From positions 4,570 to 68,569 of IMG/VR virus record IMGVR_UViG_3300046683_000606: 64,000 nucleotides of DNA; one strand, written 5' to 3'. The notes under the pieces were generated by a model. The model saw only the letters and a program-made list of their open reading frames with translations, had not been told where the DNA came from and did no database searches. The translations under genes and the position numbers were made by a program. Origin of the DNA: a virus. Below are positions 21,401 to 28,997 of the stretch, piece by piece; within the stretch, counting starts at the first letter, position 1, and each line of letters starts with the position of its first letter.

Positions 21401-23934
21401 TAACCAATACAGGGACGGCAACGCTGCATATTTCCAGCATTACCTTGGTCGGAGCCAATGCCGCGGAGTTTTCAACCAATAGCAGCACATGCGGCGCGAC
21501 TCTTACCGCCGGCGCTTCCTGCTCCTTGAATGTGGTTTTTACGCCTACGACTGTGGGCAGCAAATCGGCCAATTTGACGTTCACTACTGACGCGGCAACA
21601 AGCCCGGATAGTGTGGCGCTCACTGGTACTGGAGTCGTTCCAGCGGTTCCAGTACTTAGTTTCTCTCCCAGTCCTGGCGCCTTCGGGAACCAACTGCAGA
21701 ACACGACCAGCGCGGGATTAACGATCACGGTCTCAAACATTGGTACTGGTCCAGAAGTTCTTTCAACTCCCTTCTTCACCATCACCGGAGCGAATGGCAG
21801 CGACTTCGCCCGGTCTGGAGGGACGTGCGTCAACGGCGGCGCGATTGTGGTTAGCGGCTCTTGTACGGTCATTTTGACTTTCACTCCGGCGGCTACGGGT
21901 AGCAGGACCGGAACACTCAACATTTCAGGGACGGCTAACGGCTCAAACGTCCTGACCGGGACGGGGATTCAGCCGATTATCGGGTTGTCTCCTTCACCTG
22001 TAGCCTTTGGGAATCAACTGCAAGGCACCACAAGCGCTCCCTTGACCGTAACCGTGTCCAATAGCGGTACTGGGACTGAAACGCTGGCAACGCCCTTCTT
22101 TACGATTACGGGAACCAACGCTTCAAACTTTGCGCGGAGCGGGGGAACCTGCGTCAATGCCGGCACCATCGCGCCAAGCGCTTCCTGCACCATCATCCTA
22201 ACCTTTACGCCTTCGGCTACAGGAGCCCGTAGCGCGACTTTAACGGTCCAGGGTACGGTAAACGCCACGGACTCCCTAACAGGCACCGGCACGCTCCCCG
22301 CTATTGCGCTGTCGCCTAGTCCTGTGGCCTTCAGCAATCAAAATCTGAACACTACCAGTTCACCGCTGACGGTGACCGTATCGAATACGGGTACAGCTTC
22401 CGAAGTCTTGGCGACTCCCTATTTCACGATCACCGGAACCAATTCCACAAACTTCGCGAATGCCGGGACAGGTTCATGCGCCAATGGCGGGACGGTTGCC
22501 GCAAGCTCGTCTTGCACAATCAATCTGACCTTTACCCCTTCGGCTACCGGGGCTCGTACTGGCGTCTTGAACGTCCTAGGTACGGTCAACGCCACGGCAA
22601 ACATTACCGGGACAGGGGTAGCCGCGGTCGTGTCGCTCAACCCGACTACGATCGCCTTTGGCAATCAGACGACTTCAACCTCCAGCGGGAACCATTTGGA
22701 GACTTTGACTAACACCGGCAACGGCACGCTAACCATTTCGAGTATCGCTCTGACCGGCGCGGATTCAGGACAATTCTCGACCAACGGAAGCACTTGCGGC
22801 GCGACACTGGCGGCCGCTGCTTCTTGCTCGCTTAACGTGGTATTCAGCCCGACTACGATCGGAGCGAAAGCGGCAAGCCTGACATTCTCAACAAGCGCGG
22901 CCAGTAGTCCAGACAACGTAACTCTAAGCGGAACGGGTGTTTCCGCCGGTGTCCCTGTTCTAAGTTTTTCGCCTACTCCGGCTGACTTTGGGAGTCAGGC
23001 GGTAGCAACAACTGGTCCTCCGCTGACAATCACGGTAACCAACATCGGAACGGCTGCGGAAGTCTTGAGCACGCCTTACTTTACGATCGGTGGAGCGAAC
23101 GGAACGAACTTCGCGAATACAGCGGGTGGAACTTGCGTCAACGGGGGCACTATCGCGGCCAACGGTGCTTCCTGCACGATTGTGCTGACGTTTACTCCAA
23201 CCGCGCTCGGTACTAGGTCTGGGAGCCTGACTATCGTGGGAACGGTAAATGGAACGAATCCTTTGACTGGGATCGGCACAGGCACAGGCACTCTTTCTCT
23301 CAATCCTACGAGCATCGCCTTTGGTAACCAGGACAGCGGAACGTCCAGCAATCCGCGCTCGGTCATCTTGACCAATACCGGAACCTTAACGCTGACAATT
23401 TCGAGCATTGCCTTGACCGGAACGAACGCAAATCAGTTCTCGATCGATACCAATACCTGTGGCGCGACTTTGGCGGTTTCAGCTTCCTGCTCATGGAATG
23501 TGGTGTTCTCGCCTAACTTGGTGCAAAGCAATACGGCCAGCGTAACGATAACCAGCACCGCGACGAGCAGTCCAGACAATGTCCCGCTGACCGGAACGGG
23601 CAGGAGTCCTACGCCTCCGTCTACCCCGGCGCCGGCCATTGTGATTGTGCGCGCCTTCCCAACTGGGAGCGTGCTGGTGGCAGAGAATGTAGGAGTCACG
23701 CCAAAGAACTTTCAAGTGTCCTCAACTGGTTGCTCTCAGGATGGAGTCAATTTCCAGAATCCATGCCGGTTCGCGATTAGTTGCGGAAACTGCGGAAGAC
23801 AAACCACGGCCAGATTTAACGGAACGGCGGTAAGCCAGTCTTTTTCGAAAGGAACGGTTACAGTCAGTGTGCCGATCACTCTTTTCACCATGCCGGCACT
23901 GCCGACTGAATATCAAATCTCGCTGCTGAATTGA
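18499..23934 (+). CDS. Membrane-anchored or secreted beta-helix protein with ten ASH/choice-of-anchor-D-like Ig repeats
   Basis: N-terminal hydrophobic segment; AGDTL..YAEQL and Asn-rich beta-helix; DFNGVTRP...WDSGA motif; ten ~108-aa repeats. Confidence 0.8.
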   Translation: MKPLSKWLLLTGVLLGAVLTFMLLWKHQQPKHPVARTIAKGKFIAKLGSGWFVRSSTACPTNGNGTSSSCAASPGGAGAWSGFANIGWGSIHAGDTLSMQAGDTYAEQLTIGASGTSGSPITITVNGVGTAIIDGGNARTGFSFNGQSFVNVDGVTGNAAFGGSQTYGIRVINIGLPNYCAYINNGEQHVKFLHVECSGNGQNTDNAHLNAPPLPDDNRGGVFGGGGAHFVEVAYNWFHTQMAQYNLSTCSISGTTYTCTTTTTITDTHWTSPSVIFASIGIYGNTGVNGHCGLISASGTTFTCEGGGSGTGTGGVAVMEWAATAVTGFFATGSTNYNDNTTHDNFAYGTFNDGFRSNGNGQIYHNEAQAGMGSGHSDATLAQSALYVEISSNYVHDWNDQNCYLDQLSAASRGHIRIFNNVWNSPHGFGGCNVDPEGASANWDDIVMINNTSYSSRDYVVRYGNQGGTVTNFVYINNISRVSGSVGDPPWAGGGGIAFASSTAYNYNLYSPTLGVQFPILANFSGGNKTLAQLRALSPPRELNGNTCDVTYVGGALPAGAQPASTDTCSKNAGQNLTAIYPFATVDFNGVTRPPTAAWDSGAMQASGGGGGTPVIGFSPNPAAFGNQIQGTTSAPLTITVSNSGTAAQVLSTPYWTITGTNASNFANAGTGTCVNGGTIAISGSCTVNLTFTPSATGARTATFNIQGTVNASDNLTGTGTLPTIGLAPSPAAFGNQVVGTPSSPLTVTVSNTGTSTQTLANPYFTITGTNSADFSNLGTGTCANGGSVPASSSCTINLRFTPAAAGARTATLNLLGTVNASDSLTGTGTQAAISITPSPGAFGNQNVNTTSGPLTLTVTNTGTATETLATPYFTLTGTNSTNFANAGSGTCANGGTIAPSATCTVNLTFTPSAAGARSGTLNILGTVNGTDALTGTGIAPLVSLSPNSIAFANQTTNTSSGNQAVTLTNTGTATLHISSITLVGANAAEFSTNSSTCGATLTAGASCSLNVVFTPTTVGSKSANLTFTTDAATSPDSVALTGTGVVPAVPVLSFSPSPGAFGNQLQNTTSAGLTITVSNIGTGPEVLSTPFFTITGANGSDFARSGGTCVNGGAIVVSGSCTVILTFTPAATGSRTGTLNISGTANGSNVLTGTGIQPIIGLSPSPVAFGNQLQGTTSAPLTVTVSNSGTGTETLATPFFTITGTNASNFARSGGTCVNAGTIAPSASCTIILTFTPSATGARSATLTVQGTVNATDSLTGTGTLPAIALSPSPVAFSNQNLNTTSSPLTVTVSNTGTASEVLATPYFTITGTNSTNFANAGTGSCANGGTVAASSSCTINLTFTPSATGARTGVLNVLGTVNATANITGTGVAAVVSLNPTTIAFGNQTTSTSSGNHLETLTNTGNGTLTISSIALTGADSGQFSTNGSTCGATLAAAASCSLNVVFSPTTIGAKAASLTFSTSAASSPDNVTLSGTGVSAGVPVLSFSPTPADFGSQAVATTGPPLTITVTNIGTAAEVLSTPYFTIGGANGTNFANTAGGTCVNGGTIAANGASCTIVLTFTPTALGTRSGSLTIVGTVNGTNPLTGIGTGTGTLSLNPTSIAFGNQDSGTSSNPRSVILTNTGTLTLTISSIALTGTNANQFSIDTNTCGATLAVSASCSWNVVFSPNLVQSNTASVTITSTATSSPDNVPLTGTGRSPTPPSTPAPAIVIVRAFPTGSVLVAENVGVTPKNFQVSSTGCSQDGVNFQNPCRFAISCGNCGRQTTARFNGTAVSQSFSKGTVTVSVPITLFTMPALPTEYQISLLN
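20332..23601 (+). repeat. Ten tandem Ig-like coding repeats, order AAAB-AAAB-AB
   Basis: Each unit: SP..AFGNQ...TVSNTG...C...SC...FTP...LTGTG; type A has STP(Y/F)FTITG, type B has ISSI.L.G and SPD.V. Confidence 0.9.
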
Positions 23935-23940
23935 GGATGA

Positions 23941-24309
23941 ATGGACGCCAACATTGTAATGACGCAAGTGACCATGAGTACTTTGTTTGCCGGTGCTCTG
24001 GCATTTGCAAAATCAAAAGCATGGGTTCCTTTCTTTAACAAACATTCAGCCACGATCAACCACGTATTTCTGGGAGTGACTTCTCTAGGCTCGGCTCTGG
24101 GTATTCACGCGCTTTGGAATGGAACGGACCATTCTCTGCTCATTGTCGGATTGTCTCCGTTGACAATCGCGCACGGCATTTGGGAGTGGACAAAGCAGTG
24201 GTGTCTGCAATACTTGGTTCAACGCGGTGCGTTCGGTCCGGTTTCCATCCCTGGCGATGCTCCGGCCGTTCCTTCTACTCCGGTAAAGGCGGGAGAGACG
24301 AAGGACTGA
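23941..24309 (+). CDS. Small multi-pass membrane protein, holin candidate
   Basis: Two to three hydrophobic segments, charged C-terminus, end of late operon. Confidence 0.45.
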   Translation: MDANIVMTQVTMSTLFAGALAFAKSKAWVPFFNKHSATINHVFLGVTSLGSALGIHALWNGTDHSLLIVGLSPLTIAHGIWEWTKQWCLQYLVQRGAFGPVSIPGDAPAVPSTPVKAGETKD

Positions 24310-24327
24310 GAACCTGGAGGCCCGGAC

Positions 24328-24615
24328 GTGAATGGAAAGTTGAACCATGAAGACACGCCCGAAGGCCAGCTAGCCGCGGTCGCGGTGCTACTAGCGACCA
24401 GAATGAAAGACAATCACATAAAGAATGGCAATGGACCTTCTGAACCGGATGTAGCGGATCTGAAAGAAGTGTTGCGGCCGTTTGTCCATCGGCTGCTTAT
24501 CAAAGCGCGACTAGACGAATCGGAAAGAATTGTGGACTTTAAGCTAGAGCGCAGAGCGGACCTGGTTCGCCAGTTGTATATCTTGGAAGCGCAAATCCCC
24601 AAGGAACTCCGTTGA
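24328..24615 (+). CDS. Hypothetical protein
   Basis: SD ggagg upstream of GTG; coupled to next gene. Confidence 0.6.
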   Translation: MNGKLNHEDTPEGQLAAVAVLLATRMKDNHIKNGNGPSEPDVADLKEVLRPFVHRLLIKARLDESERIVDFKLERRADLVRQLYILEAQIPKELR

Positions 24616-24836
24616 GCGAGTGGAAAGTTACGGTAGTCATTTTTGCTTTGGGCATCGTTTTCGCGGGAATCAGGACTTATTTCCAAGTACGACAACTGCG
24701 AATGGACTTGAACGGACTGGGCGGTAAGGTTCGCCGGCAACACTCTCACCAACAGACGATTGCTTTGCTGCTAATCGCTATGACCGATGATCGAGCGGAG
24801 CGGGTCAGACTTGTGGGACTACTGAAAGAAGATTAA
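24612..24836 (+). CDS. Small membrane protein (N-terminal TM plus coiled coil), lysis-related candidate
   Basis: VTVVIFALGIVFAGI hydrophobic helix; TTGA overlap. Confidence 0.5.
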   Translation: MSEWKVTVVIFALGIVFAGIRTYFQVRQLRMDLNGLGGKVRRQHSHQQTIALLLIAMTDDRAERVRLVGLLKED

Positions 24837-24856
24837 AAGAAGGGGCTTACGCCCCT
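24834..24856 (-). terminator. Intrinsic terminator at convergence point
   Basis: aggggc-ttac-gcccct hairpin (24841-24856) followed on the minus strand by tctttta. Confidence 0.6.
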
Positions 24857-25137
24857 CCTCCGTTTAATGCGTCCAGTACTCGGCTCTTGAGCGCGTTGTC
24901 GAGCATGGCTTTTACTTCGGCGGGTGCTTCCTGTAGATTGGCGCATGCACGGCATTCGATCTTTAGTCCGGAGTTCCGTATATCATTACGTGTCTTGCGG
25001 TCGGCGCTTTCCCAGAACGCTCGCAAGTAACGATAGACTGCAAGGTGCGGCGTACCAGCGTTGATGCGTCCGCGTCTTGCAGTCCTTGGTCCTAGCCTCC
25101 GGTCGGTATAGTCGATGCTTACCCAGAACGTTTTCAT
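24847..25137 (-). CDS. Hypothetical protein, moron-like
   Basis: SD gaggag before MKTFWVS; own extended -10 TGaTACACT (25167-25175, minus) and downstream terminator. Confidence 0.65.
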   Translation of the reverse strand: MKTFWVSIDYTDRRLGPRTARRGRINAGTPHLAVYRYLRAFWESADRKTRNDIRNSGLKIECRACANLQEAPAEVKAMLDNALKSRVLDALNGGGA

Positions 25138-25340
25138 TGTGAGCGGTCTCCTCTGACCGTTCGCGCAGTGTATCAAATGGTACTTTCTGGTTTTTGTTAA
25201 CACGTAGTTTTCACTGGGCAGCTTTTCGCCTGTGAGTCCCTTAAACCGATTTAACGATTTTCGAAAATATCACTAGGAGCCACAACACAGGCGATTTCTC
25301 ATTTTATTTTGCGAAATGGATTAATTTTCGTAGGCCAAAC

Positions 25341-25766
25341 TTAGATTGGCCGGTAGAATCTCAGCCGTCCGATGTTGAGACTGTTAACGTAGTCAGATTC
25401 TTTTCCCCACGCCTTCGGCCATCCCATGCTCGTATCGTGGTAGAACGTGGCGCCGTCCGTATTGTCCGGCTCATCTCCTACCAGGACAGCCGAAGCCGCC
25501 GACAAGCAATCTATCCAAGCGGGAGTCGCTTCATCTTCCGGCCACACTTCGGAGTTAGGATCGTTCGCGTTGAAAGAAGAAAACTGCCAAGGCTTGAGAA
25601 TCACACTGGCTACGTCGTGGCCCCACCATCCCGGCTGATTGACGCGGTTTCTAATTACATGACACACAGCGCGTTTGCCGTAGAGCGTTTCTCCGCGCGC
25701 TTCGCGATAACAGCACAAAGCCATTAGAGCAACATCGGAAAGCTCTCCGTAGGGTTGGGATTCCAT
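25341..25766 (-). CDS. Cell wall hydrolase, SleB/Hydrolase_2 family (endolysin candidate)
   Basis: YREARGE, AVCHVIRNRV, QFSSFN, TDGATFYH, IGRLRFY; SD aaggagg. Confidence 0.9.
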   Translation of the reverse strand: MESQPYGELSDVALMALCCYREARGETLYGKRAVCHVIRNRVNQPGWWGHDVASVILKPWQFSSFNANDPNSEVWPEDEATPAWIDCLSAASAVLVGDEPDNTDGATFYHDTSMGWPKAWGKESDYVNSLNIGRLRFYRPI

Positions 25767-25783
25767 ACACCCTCCTTCCAATT

Positions 25784-25822
25784 AAAAAGGCAAGCGCCGG
25801 GGTTGGGTAAGCGCTTGCCTTT
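25784..25822 (-). terminator. Hairpin terminator/attenuator upstream of the hydrolase gene
   Basis: 12-bp perfect stem aaaggcaagcgc/gcgcttgccttt with T-run on minus strand. Confidence 0.65.
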
Positions 25823-25851
25823 GGCGGTGCGGCACTACTGGGGAAAAGCGT

Positions 25852-26649
25852 TCACCACTTTCCTAAATGTTGAATCCAAGAATCCTGCACAATATCAGCG
25901 TTGGCTGCGTCGGAGTAGCGGAGCCAGAAATTTCCATAGTTTGCCCACTTGGAGCCCCACGAATTGCGGACCAGGAAACTACCTCCGTTTATGTTGTCGT
26001 CGTATCCGATTCCCAATACTTCATGGCCTCCCAAAACTTTCTCGCGGGTGTCGGGACTCCACACACCGTTTGCTGCAATGGCTTCGAAGGACTGATAGAC
26101 AAGAAAGCCTATGCGGAAGTTGTATCCGGAAGCGATACACGACTTCATATCGTCAACGGTGGTGAGCCGGTGGTACTGGCCGGTCACATACTTCTTGGCG
26201 GAGTCTAATTGCTCCTGTGTCGGCGCCGTCGTGAAGTCTCCGGCAATGTAAGGCATCTCGGAGCGCAGCGCACAACCGAATTTGTTGAGTGCCATGCAGG
26301 AAGTACGCCCGTAACTGCCGGCGTCTCCTTCTGCAAGTGAGCCGTCAAGCAATCTCTCCACATAATAGATGAATGACGGTGAATACATTCCTTCCGTGCC
26401 TGGGGATACGACTTGGCCGCGACGATCGATCTCCTTCCAGTGAAGGTACTCGCGGTCTGCGGCTGCAGCGTGCGCGGTGCAAGAGCCTTCGTTTCCTTGG
26501 TCCAGTACCGGCCCCATTAGGTCCAGGTTATCGGTGGCTGTAGCGGTAGCGGTCAAGAGCGGCGCGCGGCCTACGCCAAAGTCGCGGAAGTCTGGGGCAT
26601 CCTTGCGGTAGCCGTAGCGTCTTCCTGCCGGTGATAGTTCAAGTGGCAT
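25852..26649 (-). CDS. Papain-like cysteine peptidase (family C1A)
   Basis: DQGNEGSCTAHA (Gln, catalytic Cys), GGHEV (His), RNSWG (Asn). Confidence 0.92.
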   Translation of the reverse strand: MPLELSPAGRRYGYRKDAPDFRDFGVGRAPLLTATATATDNLDLMGPVLDQGNEGSCTAHAAAADREYLHWKEIDRRGQVVSPGTEGMYSPSFIYYVERLLDGSLAEGDAGSYGRTSCMALNKFGCALRSEMPYIAGDFTTAPTQEQLDSAKKYVTGQYHRLTTVDDMKSCIASGYNFRIGFLVYQSFEAIAANGVWSPDTREKVLGGHEVLGIGYDDNINGGSFLVRNSWGSKWANYGNFWLRYSDAANADIVQDSWIQHLGKW

Positions 26650-26659
26650 CGGTTATCCC

Positions 26660-27274
26660 CTAGAGAATCGCCTTGGTTGGAACTTTCACATCTGCCGGTG
26701 CGGACTTGAGTACCGCGTCGAAGTCTTTCTTGAACGCTGCCGCATTGCGTTCCTTGGCGATGATCGTAACCGTAGTGCTGGACACTTTCACCGGACCTGC
26801 GAGTTTATCCCGCGTAACTTTCATGGTCATGGATGGCGGCAAGCGATTCATAAAAGCGGCGATTGTTGACAGAACGACTTGAGCAAGGCCGGTGATGATT
26901 GAGAGTAAGCCGCCAGAAACATTCAGCGCTTCTAGGAACGTGGTGAAGTTGTCCACGATAGCCTTGAACGCTTCTTCGACCTTGGCTAGAGCTCCGGCCG
27001 GCGGTGGCGTAGCGGACTGGTATTCCTTTACGGCCGCGGTGAGCGCAGCAAAGCCAGCTTCGATCAGAGAGATGATCGCCTGGACTGCCGGCGAGATAAC
27101 GACGCCATTGCCGGTAAGCACGGTCAGAATGGAATTAAGCGCAGCTTCACCTACGGGAACCCAAGAGAGAATATCGGAGAACACATTGCAACCGGAGATG
27201 AGCAGCGAACTACCGCCAGCGGCAAGAAACAAAACAAGTGAGGATATACGTGCGGTGAAGGTGCGTCGATTCAT
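26660..27274 (-). CDS. Putative Tat-exported lipoprotein
   Basis: MNRRTF twin-arginine motif, hydrophobic core, ISGC lipobox; SD aaggag. Confidence 0.65.
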   Translation of the reverse strand: MNRRTFTARISSLVLFLAAGGSSLLISGCNVFSDILSWVPVGEAALNSILTVLTGNGVVISPAVQAIISLIEAGFAALTAAVKEYQSATPPPAGALAKVEEAFKAIVDNFTTFLEALNVSGGLLSIITGLAQVVLSTIAAFMNRLPPSMTMKVTRDKLAGPVKVSSTTVTIIAKERNAAAFKKDFDAVLKSAPADVKVPTKAIL

Positions 27275-27525
27275 TGATTCTCCTTTTTGGTCGCGGAAAC
27301 TGTACCACAAGTCTCGCCTTCTCTTACTTCGATTCCTTTGGATTTCGGTGTAGCGATGATGAACACGCCAATGTTCGGATGGTTGTCACGAACGTTCTTG
27401 AGTAGCGCGTTGGCCAGTTCATAACTGAATTTCTTGCCATCACAGACAAACAGATAGGAATGATCGGGCTTGAGTTCATAGCCTTTGACCAGGGCGGCGA
27501 GCGGTTTGTAGTCTTCTACTTTCAT
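27271..27525 (-). CDS. Hypothetical protein
   Basis: MKVEDYKPL start overlapping upstream stop (ATGA). Confidence 0.6.
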   Translation of the reverse strand: MKVEDYKPLAALVKGYELKPDHSYLFVCDGKKFSYELANALLKNVRDNHPNIGVFIIATPKSKGIEVREGETCGTVSATKKENQ

Positions 27526-27749
27526 TTTTTGTTGCTGCGAAACTCGGCGGCCTTCGGGCAAACACTCCAATGCGCTTCTAGTTTCTGCGATTCGTCGTCT
27601 TCGGTTCCTGGGATAGCGGACATTGGCAGCTTCTTCCCGCGTGGCGTCAAGAACCATTGCATTTCGGCGCCACACCCGCGACATGCTGAGGAGCCAGTGT
27701 ACTTGTAGCCTAGGCTCTCCAGGCCGTCGCGAGTGTCTGGAAAAGGCAT
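27522..27749 (-). CDS. Small zinc-binding protein
   Basis: CRGCGAEMQW..TPRGKKLP..HWSVCP pattern common in phage early regions. Confidence 0.7.
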   Translation of the reverse strand: MPFPDTRDGLESLGYKYTGSSACRGCGAEMQWFLTPRGKKLPMSAIPGTEDDESQKLEAHWSVCPKAAEFRSNKK

Positions 27750-28120
27750 TACTCTTTTTCTTTCTTGATGCGGACCTTCACGGTTTCTTTTTCGTGGACC
27801 ATTTTTACTTCCACGCCATCGTGATTGTAGGATTCTTTTTTGTGTTTCTTCATTAGGGAGAGAAGTACATCTTTGGTTTCAACTTCTGAACTGGTCAGCT
27901 TCATCCGATCATCGCGGATGTTGGCATACTCTCTAGCCGCGTCCTCTAGCTCCTCGATCTCCGGGTCTTCCATGCCGGGAAGTCTACTGGTCTTGCCGCG
28001 CTTCTTGTTTGCTTCGGAGAGCAGTTCCGGCTTGTGATCGTCCTCTTTCGGTCCGATTCCTTTGCGTCCGGTTTGCTTTGGCTTGTGCTTCGGGAGATAG
28101 TCCTCTACTTTTTTTGCCAA
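27749..28120 (-). CDS. Charged hypothetical protein
   Basis: SD aggagg before TTG 28120; LPGM motif followed by a coiled coil. Confidence 0.65.
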   Translation of the reverse strand: MAKKVEDYLPKHKPKQTGRKGIGPKEDDHKPELLSEANKKRGKTSRLPGMEDPEIEELEDAAREYANIRDDRMKLTSSEVETKDVLLSLMKKHKKESYNHDGVEVKMVHEKETVKVRIKKEKE

Positions 28121-28184
28121 TGAGATTCCTCCTAGGTGGAACGGGAGACCGCAAGTTAGCGTACTGAAGTGTCGGAGGTCAAGG

Positions 28185-28424
28185 CTATTCTGCCAATGCT
28201 CCTGCCCACGGTTCATCTTCCCATCTACGTTGTGCAAGAAAAGTGCTCGCGTACGGGATATATATACCACCGCTTATTTGCCACTGCAGAGTTTGTTTCC
28301 AAAGCCCTAAGCCATGAACGGCCGATATTTTTTCACTTGTGCTCATTTTGCGCCAAAGTTTCTCGGCCTTCATTCTTCCGACCTTTCTGGGGTAAATTTT
28401 CCAGAAACTCTCAAAGTCACTCAT
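28185..28424 (-). CDS. Stand-alone C-terminal-type domain of phage replication initiators
   Basis: FESFWKIYPRKVG..KAEKLW...YIPYASTFLAQRRWEDE; SD aaggag. Confidence 0.75.
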   Translation of the reverse strand: MSDFESFWKIYPRKVGRMKAEKLWRKMSTSEKISAVHGLGLWKQTLQWQISGGIYIPYASTFLAQRRWEDEPWAGALAE

Positions 28425-28799
28425 AAGGTAAACCCTCTCCTTCCCGCATTCTCCATAGCGGGTGACTCAACTGCATGGGAATAGTTGGCCTACACTCGCT
28501 ATCGGTTCCCGCTGTTGCCGAAAGGTTGTGTAACCTGACCAATGAGGCACAAATAAAAATTGCCCACTTGCGGTCGCCTGTTGACAGGGTGGATCAGAGC
28601 AGGACTTAGATAGTGAGCGGAAAAATAGCCCTTCATTTGCGCAAAAGCGCCAAGAGTGACGGCCCCAGACTTGGAAAGATGCGGGAAATGTTCGCCCATT
28701 TGCCGATGGTCTTTCTCGAATTTGAAGGGTGAGCTTACCGGCGACCATCGGCAGATAATCTTACCGATAGAGCCCACCCTACGAATCCGTGATTTATTT

Positions 28800-28997
28800 C
28801 TACCTCATACTTCGGTTGCGTGCAAGAAATTCTTTTTCAGCCATTCGTACCGTCCGCCGGGAAACTTCCGGCTCGATCGCGCAGACTGGACACTTCTTGG
28901 TGTCGAAGAAGACTAGCCTAGGATGGCTTCTGCACATATTGGGCAGTTTACGTTCGTGGATCATTTCGGCTAGGTCTGCGGAGCGCTTCTCGTTCAC
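28800..28997 (-). CDS. Small Cys/His (zinc-binding) protein
   Basis: CRSH...CPVC; ATGA-type coupling. Confidence 0.55.
   Translation of the reverse strand: MNEKRSADLAEMIHERKLPNMCRSHPRLVFFDTKKCPVCAIEPEVSRRTVRMAEKEFLARNRSMR

Noticed and set aside
20332-23601. Repeats as CRISPR array or DGR template/variable pair
   Set aside because: They are degenerate in-frame protein repeats; no cas genes, reverse transcriptase or adenine-specific variation.
20616-23699. Long antisense ORFs (e.g. 21114-21923, also 14962-15642, 48260-49147, 50800-51660)
   Set aside because: Shadows of codon-biased plus-strand genes; no SD or recognisable motifs.
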